A DNA stretch of 64,000 bases from an uncultured Bacteroides sp. (GTDB taxonomy: Bacteria > Bacteroidota > Bacteroidia > Bacteroidales > GCA-2748055): positions 41 to 64,040 of the forward strand of contig CAZOHA010000009.1 in assembly GCA_964579515.1 (NCBI GenBank), written 5' to 3'. Under the pieces are notes generated by a model. That model was given only the letters and a program-made list of their open reading frames with translations. It made no database searches and was not told the DNA's origin. A program made the position numbers and the translations under genes. Every line of letters begins with the position of its first letter. Positions within the stretch are counted from its first letter, which is position 1. This document shows, in pieces, positions 35,290-45,378 of the stretch.

Positions 35290-36348
35290 TTAAAGTTCCG
35301 AACGGCCACGGAAGAGGGCCCAGTCGCCCGGACTGAAGGTATCCCTGGCAAACTTCAACTGGTGCCAGTAAGGATAAAGAAGAGGGGGTTCGCTGACCCA
35401 GTTCAGCCGGGTGATCTCCTCCTCGCTGAGCATGAGATGAACGGCTTCCAGATTTTCCCGGATATGATCGATGGTCCGTCCTCCGATCACCAGGGAAGCC
35501 ACCCCTGGCCGGGTCAGCAGCCAGGCCAGGGCTACCTGTGCCGGAGATGCATCCCGGTCGCCGGCTATTTCGATCAGCGTGTCCACGATGTTCCACAGCC
35601 GCTCTTCATCCCTGACGGGAGGCTCAGTCCATCCCTCCGACATCCGGGTGACCCCACCGGGCTTCTTGTCGCGGGTGTATTTTCCGGAAAGCAGACCGCC
35701 GGCGATGGGACTCCAGACATGGACCCCCACTCCCTGATCCTCAGCGATGGGCAGTAACTCATATTCCGCTTCCCGTGCCTCCAGTGTATAATGTATCTGC
35801 TGGGCCACGAAACGGGGAAAGTTCTGTTCTTTGCTGATGCCCAGTGCCTTCATAATGTGCCAGCCTGAGAAATTAGAACAACCGATGTACCGTATCTTGC
35901 CCTGTTGTATCAGTCGGGAAAGCGCCTCCAGCGCCTCCTCCAGCGGGGTGGTTCCATCCCACTCGTGCAGGTAGTAGAGGTCGATCACATCGGTTCGCAG
36001 CCTCTTCAGGCTTTTCTCACATTCCCTTACCAGATGGTAGCTGGAAATGCCGGCGTCATTGGGCCCCTCGCCCTGGGGCATCCTGGCCTTGGTGGAGATG
36101 AGCACGTCACTCGGACGTTTTCCGTTAAGAACCTCCCCGACGATCTCCTCCGACCGTCCGAAAGAGTAAATATTGGCCGTATCGATCAGGTTAATGCCAT
36201 GATCGATGCACATGTGTATAATCTCAGAGGTCTCCTTCACGCCCAGGTTACCTACCATGGAGAACCGCTCCTCTCCCCCGACGGTCATGGTTCCCAGTGT
36301 CATTTCAGAGACTTTCAGACCTGAATTTCCCAAATATCTGTATTTCAT
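35290..36348 (-). CDS. Aldo/keto reductase (Tas/YajO-like)
   Basis: ORF 35290..36420 trimmed to MKYRYLGNSGLKVSEMTLGTMT, the canonical AKR N-terminus. The DTANIY and YYLHEWD motifs are present. Confidence 0.85.
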   Translation of the reverse strand: MKYRYLGNSGLKVSEMTLGTMTVGGEERFSMVGNLGVKETSEIIHMCIDHGINLIDTANIYSFGRSEEIVGEVLNGKRPSDVLISTKARMPQGEGPNDAGISSYHLVRECEKSLKRLRTDVIDLYYLHEWDGTTPLEEALEALSRLIQQGKIRYIGCSNFSGWHIMKALGISKEQNFPRFVAQQIHYTLEAREAEYELLPIAEDQGVGVHVWSPIAGGLLSGKYTRDKKPGGVTRMSEGWTEPPVRDEERLWNIVDTLIEIAGDRDASPAQVALAWLLTRPGVASLVIGGRTIDHIRENLEAVHLMLSEEEITRLNWVSEPPLLYPYWHQLKFARDTFSPGDWALFRGRSEL

Positions 36349-36516
36349 ATCATCACGATTTAAAAGATTTGAAGTTGTGATCCAATAAGATACAAAAAAT
36401 ATACGACCACGAAAAATCACTCATGTCGTTCTGGACAGCCAGTTTCCACCCTGCAAATGACGGAGAGTTCCTATAAGAAGTGATTCCCATCGGCTTTCTG
36501 AAACAGCGGGAGGAGT

Positions 36517-37701
36517 TCAGCCTGAACGTCGTGCAGACCTGAAGAACCATACACTTAATCCGACTATCAGCAGCGCCAGCAACGCATGCCAGTGCATGGC
36601 CCGGAGCATGCCGGTGGCATCCCGGAGGTATCCCAGGGAAAGGTTTCCGAAGGTAACCCCGGCGCCGAAGTAGAAGGCCCAGATCAATGCCTGTCCTGTG
36701 GTACGCAGGTGATCCGGGGTACGGGCCTGCACCCATTCGACCACCCCCAGGAGGAAAAATGCGATGGTGATGCAATGAAAGATACTGAACAGGATGGCCA
36801 CCTGCGGATCGGTGATAAATCCGTAAAACACCATCCGGAACATGGAGACGGACATGGAAAGAAGAATGATCTTTTCGGCCCCGAACCTCCTTGTCAGGCG
36901 GGAACCTATGATGAATGCAGGGATTTCGGGGATGGCCTGAACAAAAAAGACCACACCGATAAATCCGGCATCAGCTCCGATATCCTTGTAATAGAGATTG
37001 ATGAACTGGAGAAGGGGCGCGGAGGCAATTCCATAGAAAAAGATGATGAGTAAAAAAAGCAACATCTGCCGGTTCCGGAAAAAAATCCCGAAACTGCGGA
37101 AGGTGACCAGGCTTCTTCCCGTGACCGGGGTCGGGGGAAGTGTGAAAAGATTGAACAGGGAGAGCAGCAGGAACATCACTGCAGAAACTGTGAAGATCAC
37201 ACCGGTGCCGTTCCGCGCCAGATATCCGGTGACCAGTGAGAGGGTGGCGTACCCGGCAGAACTCCAGAGGCGGAACTGTCCGAAGGAAAACCTCGGATTC
37301 TGCCGCACAAATCCCATGGTCATTCCGTCCACCACCGCACCAGAGGGCTGGTGGAAGACCGAAATCACCGCCACGAAAACCACCATCCAGTGAAAGGTGA
37401 GTGTCCGGCCGATCAGAAAGACCATTACAGCACACACCAGCGAGAGCAATAACAACACCCGGTTATTTCCGTATCTGTCCGCCAGCATTCCCCAGAAAGG
37501 GACCACAATGGCCGAGGTGGAGATGAAAACGGCATTGAGCGCACCGATCTGGATGCTGCTGAATCCGACCTCATCCAGGTGAACATTGAAAAAAGACTGC
37601 CAGCTGGCAAAGGCACCCAGCATCAGGAAATAAAAGACGGGGAGCTTATACTCCTCGCGAAGCGGCAGACTGTGCCGTTCAATGGCACGGATCGGGTTCA
37701 T
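36517..37701 (-). CDS. MFS transporter
   Basis: 394-aa ORF with about 12 TM helices and the loop motif GMLADRYGNNRV between TM2 and TM3. Confidence 0.8.
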   Translation of the reverse strand: MNPIRAIERHSLPLREEYKLPVFYFLMLGAFASWQSFFNVHLDEVGFSSIQIGALNAVFISTSAIVVPFWGMLADRYGNNRVLLLLSLVCAVMVFLIGRTLTFHWMVVFVAVISVFHQPSGAVVDGMTMGFVRQNPRFSFGQFRLWSSAGYATLSLVTGYLARNGTGVIFTVSAVMFLLLSLFNLFTLPPTPVTGRSLVTFRSFGIFFRNRQMLLFLLIIFFYGIASAPLLQFINLYYKDIGADAGFIGVVFFVQAIPEIPAFIIGSRLTRRFGAEKIILLSMSVSMFRMVFYGFITDPQVAILFSIFHCITIAFFLLGVVEWVQARTPDHLRTTGQALIWAFYFGAGVTFGNLSLGYLRDATGMLRAMHWHALLALLIVGLSVWFFRSARRSG

Positions 37702-37955
37702 GGTGCAAAAATATGAAAAAGCAGGTTGGCGGAATTCTAAGACCGATGGACTGTATCCGGGAAAGCTACGATGATGATAAAAATGATTGTCATTCGTTGA
37801 ACCCTGACCCTGGAAGGAACCTCTTCACAAGAAGCTTCAAAGGTTGTTTCAGAAGAGGCTTCACAAGTCACTTCGGATGAACTTTCATTTGTTAAAAAGG
37901 CAACTGTTTGACGCCTTGGTTGTTTTTCTTTTAATAACCCGCTTTACATGATGCC

Positions 37956-39335
37956 ATGAAACGTTGTACTATGCTTCCCCTGTTTATTATCCTGTTTTTT
38001 AACAATTTACTTCCGGCTCGTTCCCAGGCGGCACTGGACAGCACTATGGTGGATACCTCCACCATTATCACCGGCCTGGACACTCCCTGGGAGATCCTGT
38101 GGGGACCCGGCGATCATATCTGGATCACGGAAAGAATGGGGCGTGTGAGCCGCCTGGATCCGGAAACGGGAGTGCTGACTGAACTGATCACCATCCCCGG
38201 GGTGCATGAGCAGAGCGAGAGCGGATTGCTGGGGATGGTCCTTCATCCGGAATTTCCGGAGCAACCCTATCTGTTTCTGGCTTATAACTACCTGGATGAT
38301 AATAGTATCAAAGAACGCCTTGTGCGGTATACCTACAGCGAAGGAAGCCTGGCCCCGGCCGACACCCTTCTGGAAGGGATCGGAGGCGCAGGGAATCACA
38401 ACGGATCGAGGCTGGTGATCGATGAGCAACTGAAACTGTATATGACCACGGGGGATGCAGTCAACACCTCCACTTCACAGGACAGTGCATCCCTGAACGG
38501 AAAGATCCTGCGGATGAACCTGGACGGTACGGTTCCCGGCGACAATCCTTTTCCCGGAAGCCTGGTATGGACCATGGGGCACCGGAACCCCCAGGGGCTG
38601 GTGATCTCACCCGGAGGGATTATCTACAGCTCGGAGCACGGACCCTCCACCGATGATGAGGTCAACATCATTGAGAAAGGAAGGAACTACGGATGGCCCG
38701 AGGTACGGGGATTTTGTGATGAGGCCACCGAGGAACCTGTCTGCGGGGAGCTGAACGTCAGAGAACCGATCGCTGCATGGACCCCGACCCTGGCTGTTGC
38801 CGGGACTGACTTCTATTCCCATGCGGCCATACCGGAATGGCAGAACAGCTTGCTGGTCACCTCTCTGAAGGCAGGGACCCTGATTTCACTGAAATTATCC
38901 GAAGACGGGATGAGCGTGATAGACGAAACCCGCCATTTCTCCAATTGGTTCGGGAGGTTGCGTGACCTGTGCATCGCTCCCGACGGGAGGGTCTTCCTGG
39001 CGGTTTCCAACCGGGACGGCAGAGGAACCGTGCGGCCCGGCGACGACCGGATCGTGCAAATATCACCGTCCACCGTAGGTTTCAAGATCCAGGAGAACAT
39101 AAGGTACAGAGTCTATCCCAATCCGGTATCGGAGAATGAGGTGAACCTGGAGTACCCCGGCGGGAAGGAGTCCACTCTTATTATTTACGACCGGCTGGGA
39201 AGAGAGGCCGGACGTCAACTCCTGCCGGCAGGACGCAGCAAGACCCGAATTATACTGCCGGATCGCCCGGGGCTCTATTACCTGCGGATCCACGGCAGGG
39301 AGGGAGGAGCCGGGCTTGCCGTTCTGAAGCTTTAA
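37956..39335 (+). CDS. PQQ-dependent soluble sugar (aldose/sorbosone) dehydrogenase with T9SS CTD
   Basis: 459-aa ORF with a signal peptide. sGDH/YliI-type motifs are GLLGMVLHPEF, GHRNPQGL and NYGWPEV. The CTD is YRVYPNPVSENEVNLEY...GLYYLRIHG. Confidence 0.8.
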   Translation: MKRCTMLPLFIILFFNNLLPARSQAALDSTMVDTSTIITGLDTPWEILWGPGDHIWITERMGRVSRLDPETGVLTELITIPGVHEQSESGLLGMVLHPEFPEQPYLFLAYNYLDDNSIKERLVRYTYSEGSLAPADTLLEGIGGAGNHNGSRLVIDEQLKLYMTTGDAVNTSTSQDSASLNGKILRMNLDGTVPGDNPFPGSLVWTMGHRNPQGLVISPGGIIYSSEHGPSTDDEVNIIEKGRNYGWPEVRGFCDEATEEPVCGELNVREPIAAWTPTLAVAGTDFYSHAAIPEWQNSLLVTSLKAGTLISLKLSEDGMSVIDETRHFSNWFGRLRDLCIAPDGRVFLAVSNRDGRGTVRPGDDRIVQISPSTVGFKIQENIRYRVYPNPVSENEVNLEYPGGKESTLIIYDRLGREAGRQLLPAGRSKTRIILPDRPGLYYLRIHGREGGAGLAVLKL

Positions 39336-39388
39336 CCGGATTTCCTATGATCAGAAAACTGCCCGACACCGATTTTAACAGGGTAACA

Positions 39389-39508
39389 ATGGACCTTTCC
39401 CTCCTGTTCCTGAGGATTCTCGTATCGGCAGGGATGCTTACCCACGGGATCCCCAAGCTTTACAGGTTACTGGAAGGCGGGGAAATTACCTTCCGCCTCA
39501 GGACCTGA
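39389..39508 (+). pseudogene. Possible DoxX-family N-terminal remnant (39 codons)
   Basis: MDLSLLFLRILVSAGMLTHGIPKLYRLLEGGEITF resembles the first TM helix and HG-K motif of DoxX proteins. It then terminates and overlaps the 3' end of the convergent GH5 gene. Confidence 0.25.
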
Positions 39509-40757
39509 GCATCAGGTTCAGCAATTTGCGGTCCAGCTTGTGACCGTACCAGTCCTCATAATCCACATCCCTTCGTCCCGAATCGAGGATGCCGAAGCTT
39601 CCCCTGAAGCTCCAGAGCGCAAAACCGATCTGATGGGAATCCAGGATATCGAGGACGTCACCGAACCAGGCCAGGAAAACATCATGCGGTGTTTCATTAT
39701 AACAACCGCATTCCCCGCAGTGCACCCCCACTCCCGATCTGACCAGTTCGATCCAGGGTGCATAGAACTCCTCGAGCATCTCACGGCTCAGATACCGGCC
39801 TTCCACCTCTCCCGGGTACTTCAGTTCCGGCATGTTGGTGGTATCCTTATAGACCCAGTCGGCTTTGTAATGGGAGATAATCGCAGGATAATACCCCCGG
39901 CAACTCTGAGCAATGGGAAGATGAGCGAGTTCGGGGATCACTTGGGTGCCCACTGAGTTTCCGTCGGCGATCACCATATGATCGGGATTCACCTCCCAGA
40001 TGGCCCGGGCCGCTTTTTCCGCGATGCCCGCATAAAGGTCGCCCGGAAGTGCTGTTTTGGAAGAGTGCTGGTCGTTCATATCCTCGATCCAGGCCGGCTC
40101 GTTCAACAGATCGAAACTGATCTTTTCCCGGGGGATCTCCCTGTACCTTTCTGCCCACATGGACCAGTGCCAGTAGAATGCCTCCTGAGCCTCCCTGTCT
40201 TTCCAGAGATTGAAGGGCTCCCGGAACCCGGCATTGATGCAATAACCGGGAGCCCGGTGCAGATTGATGCTCACATGGAGCCCATGCCTCTGGGCCAGGA
40301 AAACCAGGTTATCGATCTTCTCCAGCGCCCGTTCATCGACCCTGTAAACATCGTCGGGTCCGATCGGCCGGGTGCGGTCGATATCCAGGTATGAAGGGTA
40401 GGCCATCGGGATCCGGAGAAAATCAAATCCCCAGTCCGACATCCATTTCAGATCCTCTTCACTGGTGGTTCCGTGTGGCCTGCTCGGATCGGGGGAGAAA
40501 AAATCCTGTACATTGAACCCCCTCCATTTGGGAATCGGATTTTTGATTTTTGCTCCCGGATTCGCGTTTGCTTCTAAACCGGTTTCTCCTGCCGGTCCGC
40601 CGCCACCTGGGGCACCCAGGCTGCCGGCTGCTCCAGGTTTGCCGGGCCCTCCCAGGCTGCCGGCCATTCCCAACGTCCCGGTCACTCCCAGTGTCCCGGC
40701 CACCGCGGCTGATTTCCTGAGAAAGTCTCTCCGGGTGTTCCTTTGTTTCCTTTTCAT
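39498..40757 (-). CDS. GH5-family glycoside hydrolase with Tat-type signal and a Gly-X-Y-rich linker
   Basis: 419-aa ORF with TRRDFLRKSAAVAG (twin-Arg). The GH5 motifs are NLHRAPGY and FDLLNEPAW (the acid/base NEP). Confidence 0.8.
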   Translation of the reverse strand: MKRKQRNTRRDFLRKSAAVAGTLGVTGTLGMAGSLGGPGKPGAAGSLGAPGGGGPAGETGLEANANPGAKIKNPIPKWRGFNVQDFFSPDPSRPHGTTSEEDLKWMSDWGFDFLRIPMAYPSYLDIDRTRPIGPDDVYRVDERALEKIDNLVFLAQRHGLHVSINLHRAPGYCINAGFREPFNLWKDREAQEAFYWHWSMWAERYREIPREKISFDLLNEPAWIEDMNDQHSSKTALPGDLYAGIAEKAARAIWEVNPDHMVIADGNSVGTQVIPELAHLPIAQSCRGYYPAIISHYKADWVYKDTTNMPELKYPGEVEGRYLSREMLEEFYAPWIELVRSGVGVHCGECGCYNETPHDVFLAWFGDVLDILDSHQIGFALWSFRGSFGILDSGRRDVDYEDWYGHKLDRKLLNLMLRS

Positions 40758-40836
40758 TCCATAAATATAGGATTAGAATCTATTCCATCCGCTCCGGAAG
40801 AAGAATCTTGGTTTCCTGATCCTGGCCCGCATACCC

Positions 40837-42576
40837 TTAATGTTCAACCACCAGTTTGACGGAAGCCTCTGGCAGTCCGTCCGCCATAAGCAGGCAAGAG
40901 TAAGTACCGGGTGCGATCCCTGAAAGATCGAGGTTTACCTCGTGCCGGTCTTCGGACAATCTGCCCAGCTGAAGTCTCCGCACTACCTGACCGCTGATAC
41001 TCACCAGCTCTATGGACACCTCTGACTCCGACAGCGTCTGGAAACGGAGACGTGCACTGAGGGAGGCCGGATTGGGATATACCAGGAATCCTTTCCGGGG
41101 GTTCCGGGAAGAGTATGACCCGGTAGCGTCGGATAGGGTGAACTCAATACTGTTCCCGTAGCTGGTCCCTGCACTGTTCGTTGCATAGGCCCTCGCAAAA
41201 TAAACAGCATCCTCCGGGAGTCCATCGAGCGTTACGGAAAAACTGCCCAAACCCGCGCCCATGGGCTCTGCCTGGTCGTTTATAGTGGGATTGTGGAATG
41301 TGGCCCAGGCTATTCCCCGTTCTGTCACCTCTCCGCCTCCTTCATGGGTGACTGTTCCCCGGATGGTCGCTGAAGTGGCAGATGGTATGGAAAGCAATTC
41401 GGTAGATACCATGGGAGGAAACACTACTTCCTGATTCAGAGCGTAGGCTTCTTCGACCGCCTGCTGGATCAGATCACCGCGAAGGAGATAAGATAACATG
41501 ACCATCAAAGCCATTTCCGCCACCTCGGCTGGCGTTTCCTGAAAGAGCTGAACTTTCCTGATCTCCGGGATCAGCTGCCGGGAGACCCGGGAGGAGAGGG
41601 CATGAATCGAAGAAGAGGATTCGGCCGAAGTATCCTGTTCCGACTCCATGATGACCATCATTGCCCTGAAAAACCGGGCATCCACACTATCGACAAAGTA
41701 AATATCTTCGGTATCGAGTGTCCCGTAACTGTTCAATGTATCGTCCAGGACTGTGCAGAATTCCTCAAAACCATTTTCAGTCGCACCCATTTCCTTCAAG
41801 GTCTTCAAATAGTTGGGGTATTTGGCGGTAACCATCTCATAAGTAGGACTTTCCCCGGACCGGTATCGGTCGATGACTGCCTGCCGGAGCTCATCGTTCT
41901 TCATCTCCCGAAATCCACGGGCCAGAGAAAAATTCGAATTGGTGGTAACGATGCTGTCGAAAGGGGTCTCACTCAATGTATCCAGCACCATGTCATAATA
42001 ATCCAGAAATTCCACCATCTGGAAATCATAACTGTAAAGCAGAGTCTCCAGGGTATCCAGATATCGGCCGGTGTAAGTCCCGTCGTATCCGAATGCCTCC
42101 AGGGCAAACAGGAACCACGGGCGTTCATTCTGCAAAATACCGTATGCGGAGAACTCCGCTTCTCCGCCGCGGCCGCCTTTTTTTAGATCCCATCTGACTC
42201 CATTCAGATAGTGCTCCTGCTCTTCCCTGCCATCCGGATAGGTGCGGGTGGTCATACCCTGACGCACACCATGCTCCATATAAACCACCTCTGTATAGTT
42301 CTTATTCGGATTTTCTTCATTGGTGTACTTCCTCACGATTTTCCCGTGCCAGCGTTGCTTATCATCCTTTCCGCCGTTAGAGACGATCTTCTCACCGCCA
42401 TCATGAGTTTCAGTCTCTTCCCACATACCCGCTCCCTTATATTCCGTATACACCTCGATGGGAATGTCGAATGGAAAAAAGAGGCAGCCTGCAGCCAGAA
42501 AGACAAAAATTCCCAGGACTATGGCAGAAAGGGCCGATCGCGTCAACCGTCCTTTAAAACACAATGGATTTTTCAT
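40837..42576 (-). CDS. Hypothetical exported protein (MORN/YwqK-like repeat region, Fn3-like domain) with T9SS CTD
   Basis: 579-aa ORF with an N-terminal hydrophobic segment ending LAAGC. The CTD is VYPNPASLSARLRFQTLSESEVSIELVSISGQ...GTYSCLLMADG. Confidence 0.7.
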   Translation of the reverse strand: MKNPLCFKGRLTRSALSAIVLGIFVFLAAGCLFFPFDIPIEVYTEYKGAGMWEETETHDGGEKIVSNGGKDDKQRWHGKIVRKYTNEENPNKNYTEVVYMEHGVRQGMTTRTYPDGREEQEHYLNGVRWDLKKGGRGGEAEFSAYGILQNERPWFLFALEAFGYDGTYTGRYLDTLETLLYSYDFQMVEFLDYYDMVLDTLSETPFDSIVTTNSNFSLARGFREMKNDELRQAVIDRYRSGESPTYEMVTAKYPNYLKTLKEMGATENGFEEFCTVLDDTLNSYGTLDTEDIYFVDSVDARFFRAMMVIMESEQDTSAESSSSIHALSSRVSRQLIPEIRKVQLFQETPAEVAEMALMVMLSYLLRGDLIQQAVEEAYALNQEVVFPPMVSTELLSIPSATSATIRGTVTHEGGGEVTERGIAWATFHNPTINDQAEPMGAGLGSFSVTLDGLPEDAVYFARAYATNSAGTSYGNSIEFTLSDATGSYSSRNPRKGFLVYPNPASLSARLRFQTLSESEVSIELVSISGQVVRRLQLGRLSEDRHEVNLDLSGIAPGTYSCLLMADGLPEASVKLVVEH

Positions 42577-42796
42577 GATTCTTTAATTTTAGTAACGGTT
42601 GTCTGTTCCCCGTGATGGGGCCTTGAGGTGGTGCCTCCGGGATGCTCTGAAGTAATGAAGCGGCGATGCTATGAGGTGGTTCCACGAGGGTGCAAAAAAA
42701 GTAAAATACAAAAAATCTGCATTTTTTCAAAGAATTGCCTGTTCCCACAAACAACCGTCCCAGTATAGCTGTTACTTAGACAGCAACCCTCATAAA

Positions 42797-43963
42797 ATGG
42801 AAAAACTGGTTACTTCCCACCTCAAAATGGGGATCATTGCGGGCGGCCAGCTGGGCAAAATGCTGATACAGGAAGCCAGCAAATGGGACATCACCACCTA
42901 CGTTCTTGACAAGAACGAAATGTGCCCGGCCGCACAGATTGCCACCTATTTCGTAAAAGGTGATCCGCTCGATTTCTATGACGTATACCAGTTCGGAAGG
43001 CATCTCGATGTAGTGACCTACGAGATCGAGCACATCGATACGGAAGCCCTTCACAAGCTGAAATCACAGGGAGTGAAAGTCCTGCCGGACCCTTCCATTC
43101 TGGAGATGATCCAGGATAAGGGCCGTCAGAAAGAATTCTATGGCAAGCATCGGATCGGCACAGCCCCGTTCGAGTTGTATGATGGAAAAGCACAGATCCT
43201 TGAGGCACTGCAGGAAGGCCGTCTCTCCATGCCCTTTGTTCAGAAGCTGCGGAAAGGTGGCTACGACGGACGCGGCGTCACCGTCGTCGCTGCAGAAGAT
43301 GAGATCGGACGGTTGTTGGACGGGCCCTCGGTGATCGAGCAGCAGGTGGATATCGATAAAGAGATCGCGGTGATCGTGGCCAGGAACAGCAAAGGTGATA
43401 TTCGCTGCTTTCCGCCTGTGGAGATGGTTTTCGATCCCGTCGCCAACCTGGTGGAGATGCTGATCTGTCCCTCCGGCATCCCGGACCATCTTTCAGACCA
43501 GGCAAGGGAGATCTCGGGCAGGATCGTGGATGAAATGAAATATACCGGCCTGCTGGCCGTGGAGTTCTTCCTGAATACAGAGGGTAGGCTGCTGGTCAAC
43601 GAAGTGGCCCCCCGGCCGCACAACAGCGGGCACCATACCATCGAAAGTGTGATTACCTCCCAGTATGAACAGCACCTGCGGGCGATCCTCAACCTTCCCA
43701 TGGGAAGCACCCTTTTGAAAATGCCTGCCGTCATGGTCAACCTGCTGGGCGAACCCGGGGAGATCGGACCGGTAAAGTATGAAGGGATGACCGAGAGCAT
43801 GGCGCTGGAGGGAGTGAAGATCCATGTCTACGGGAAGAAGGAGACGTGGCCCATGCGCAAAATGGGCCATGTGACGGTAATGGCCGAATCTCTGGACAAG
43901 GCCATCGAAAATGCACAGAAAGTCAAAGAGATCATCAAAGTGAAAACATGGAACGGATATTAG
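42797..43963 (+). CDS. purK: N5-carboxyaminoimidazole ribonucleotide synthase
   Basis: ORF 42671..43963 trimmed to MEKLVTSHLKMGIIAGGQLGKML. It has ATP-grasp motifs, the PRPHNSGH motif, and lies directly upstream of purE. Confidence 0.9.
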   Translation: MEKLVTSHLKMGIIAGGQLGKMLIQEASKWDITTYVLDKNEMCPAAQIATYFVKGDPLDFYDVYQFGRHLDVVTYEIEHIDTEALHKLKSQGVKVLPDPSILEMIQDKGRQKEFYGKHRIGTAPFELYDGKAQILEALQEGRLSMPFVQKLRKGGYDGRGVTVVAAEDEIGRLLDGPSVIEQQVDIDKEIAVIVARNSKGDIRCFPPVEMVFDPVANLVEMLICPSGIPDHLSDQAREISGRIVDEMKYTGLLAVEFFLNTEGRLLVNEVAPRPHNSGHHTIESVITSQYEQHLRAILNLPMGSTLLKMPAVMVNLLGEPGEIGPVKYEGMTESMALEGVKIHVYGKKETWPMRKMGHVTVMAESLDKAIENAQKVKEIIKVKTWNGY

Positions 43964-44445
43964 TCAGTATCGTCATGGGATCGGACTCCGACCTCCCGGT
44001 CATGAAAGAGGCCGTTGCCATGCTGGAAAAATTCGGGGTGGGTTATGAGATCGATATCGTATCGGCTCACCGCACACCGGTTAAACTGTTTGAATTTGCC
44101 TCGGGAGCCCATCAGCGGGGGATCGAGGTGATCATTGCCGGAGCCGGCGGTGCAGCCCACCTTCCCGGAATGGTGGCTGCCATCTCGCCTCTGCCGGTGA
44201 TCGGTGTACCGGTCCGGTCCTCCAATTCCATCGACGGCTGGGACTCGGTCCTCTCCATCCTGCAAATGCCGGGCGGAGTGCCTGTGGCCACCGTTGCGCT
44301 CAACGGCGCGAAGAACGCAGGGATTCTGGCGGCACAGATTATCTCTGCCGGTCATCCGGAGGTACGGGAAAAGATCATTCAGTATAAAGAGGAGATCAAA
44401 GAAACAGTGCTTGATAAATCGGATCGGCTCCGCACATCCGGCTAA
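43948..44445 (+). CDS. purE: N5-carboxyaminoimidazole ribonucleotide mutase (class I PurE)
   Basis: ORF trimmed to MERILVSIVMGSDSDLPVM. SAHRTP and AGGAAHLPGMVAA motifs are present. It overlaps the purK end by 16 nt. Confidence 0.92.
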   Translation: MERILVSIVMGSDSDLPVMKEAVAMLEKFGVGYEIDIVSAHRTPVKLFEFASGAHQRGIEVIIAGAGGAAHLPGMVAAISPLPVIGVPVRSSNSIDGWDSVLSILQMPGGVPVATVALNGAKNAGILAAQIISAGHPEVREKIIQYKEEIKETVLDKSDRLRTSG

Positions 44446-44491
44446 AGCTGCACATTACGCTGAATTTGCACAATAAGCTGAATTTACACTC

Positions 44492-45166
44492 ATGAACCAG
44501 AGAACAACCCCTCCGGATACCTCCTTCTTTTTTTCGGCCGAAACACGGTGGTTCATCCCCGGCCAGGTGCCGGATGCCATCCTCAGCTGGTTCCTCAGCG
44601 GTGAGTATCCACTTTCACCCGCTGCCCGGACCGACACCTATCTCCTTTTTCCCCGTGCCACCACCGCAGGAGCGAAGTTTCGGGAGGAACGCTTTGAGAT
44701 CAAATCGCTGGTGGAGGATCACGGGCCGGCGGAATTCACGTCCGGAATCAGGGGCACCATGCAGACCTGGGAAAAATGGTCCGCTTCCGGAGAACCGTTC
44801 CAAAGTTACTCGAAGGCCCCCCTGCAGTTGGAGGAGAACTGGATAGAAGTGCAAAAAAGAAGATTCCTGAAGACCTTTCGGGTGGAAGACGGATCGGTAT
44901 CCGAGGCGGATCCGGGTGATACCGGTGATTCTCCGGAGGAAGGATGCTACGCCGAACTGACTGAAGTGGAGATTTTTGGCGACTTGTTCTGGACCATTGG
45001 GCTGGAGTCGTTCTCAACCGCAAATGAACATCTGACCCACCTGAAAAAGGCGGCGCAATTTTTTTTCGCTGCTGTACCGCCCGTGGACGTTGAACTGGCC
45101 GGTATTCTCCACCTGGAAAACAGCCTCGCCTATCCGTCGTTTCTGAAAAGCCTGACTAAAAGCTGA
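44492..45166 (+). CDS. CYTH-like domain protein (tentative)
   Basis: 224-aa ORF. The pattern ETRWF ... RTDTYL ... FREERFEIKS ... KRRFLKTF ... AELTEVEI resembles the charged beta-strand motifs of the CYTH triphosphate tunnel. Confidence 0.55.
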   Translation: MNQRTTPPDTSFFFSAETRWFIPGQVPDAILSWFLSGEYPLSPAARTDTYLLFPRATTAGAKFREERFEIKSLVEDHGPAEFTSGIRGTMQTWEKWSASGEPFQSYSKAPLQLEENWIEVQKRRFLKTFRVEDGSVSEADPGDTGDSPEEGCYAELTEVEIFGDLFWTIGLESFSTANEHLTHLKKAAQFFFAAVPPVDVELAGILHLENSLAYPSFLKSLTKS

Positions 45167-45378
45167 TTCCCGGACTTTAAATTCCGGTTCCGTACAGGCA
45201 GTGTACGGTATAAAAATCCCTGGAAAAGAAATATTTAGAAACTTTGATTATTTCGGACAGTTCGGATCCGAACGGTTTTAAGCGCATTTAACTACTTGTT
45301 AATTAACAACTTATTAAGAGCCTGTGTGGGAATCACATCGTACATTTCAAATGTGTTTAACCAAAAAATCGAAGTGAT

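Noticed and set aside
44459-44489. Direct repeat GCTGAATTT(G/A)CAC, two copies with an 18-nt period, just upstream of the CYTH-like gene
   Set aside because: There are only two short copies immediately before the start codon. This could be chance or a minor operator, and the evidence is too weak to call a regulatory site.
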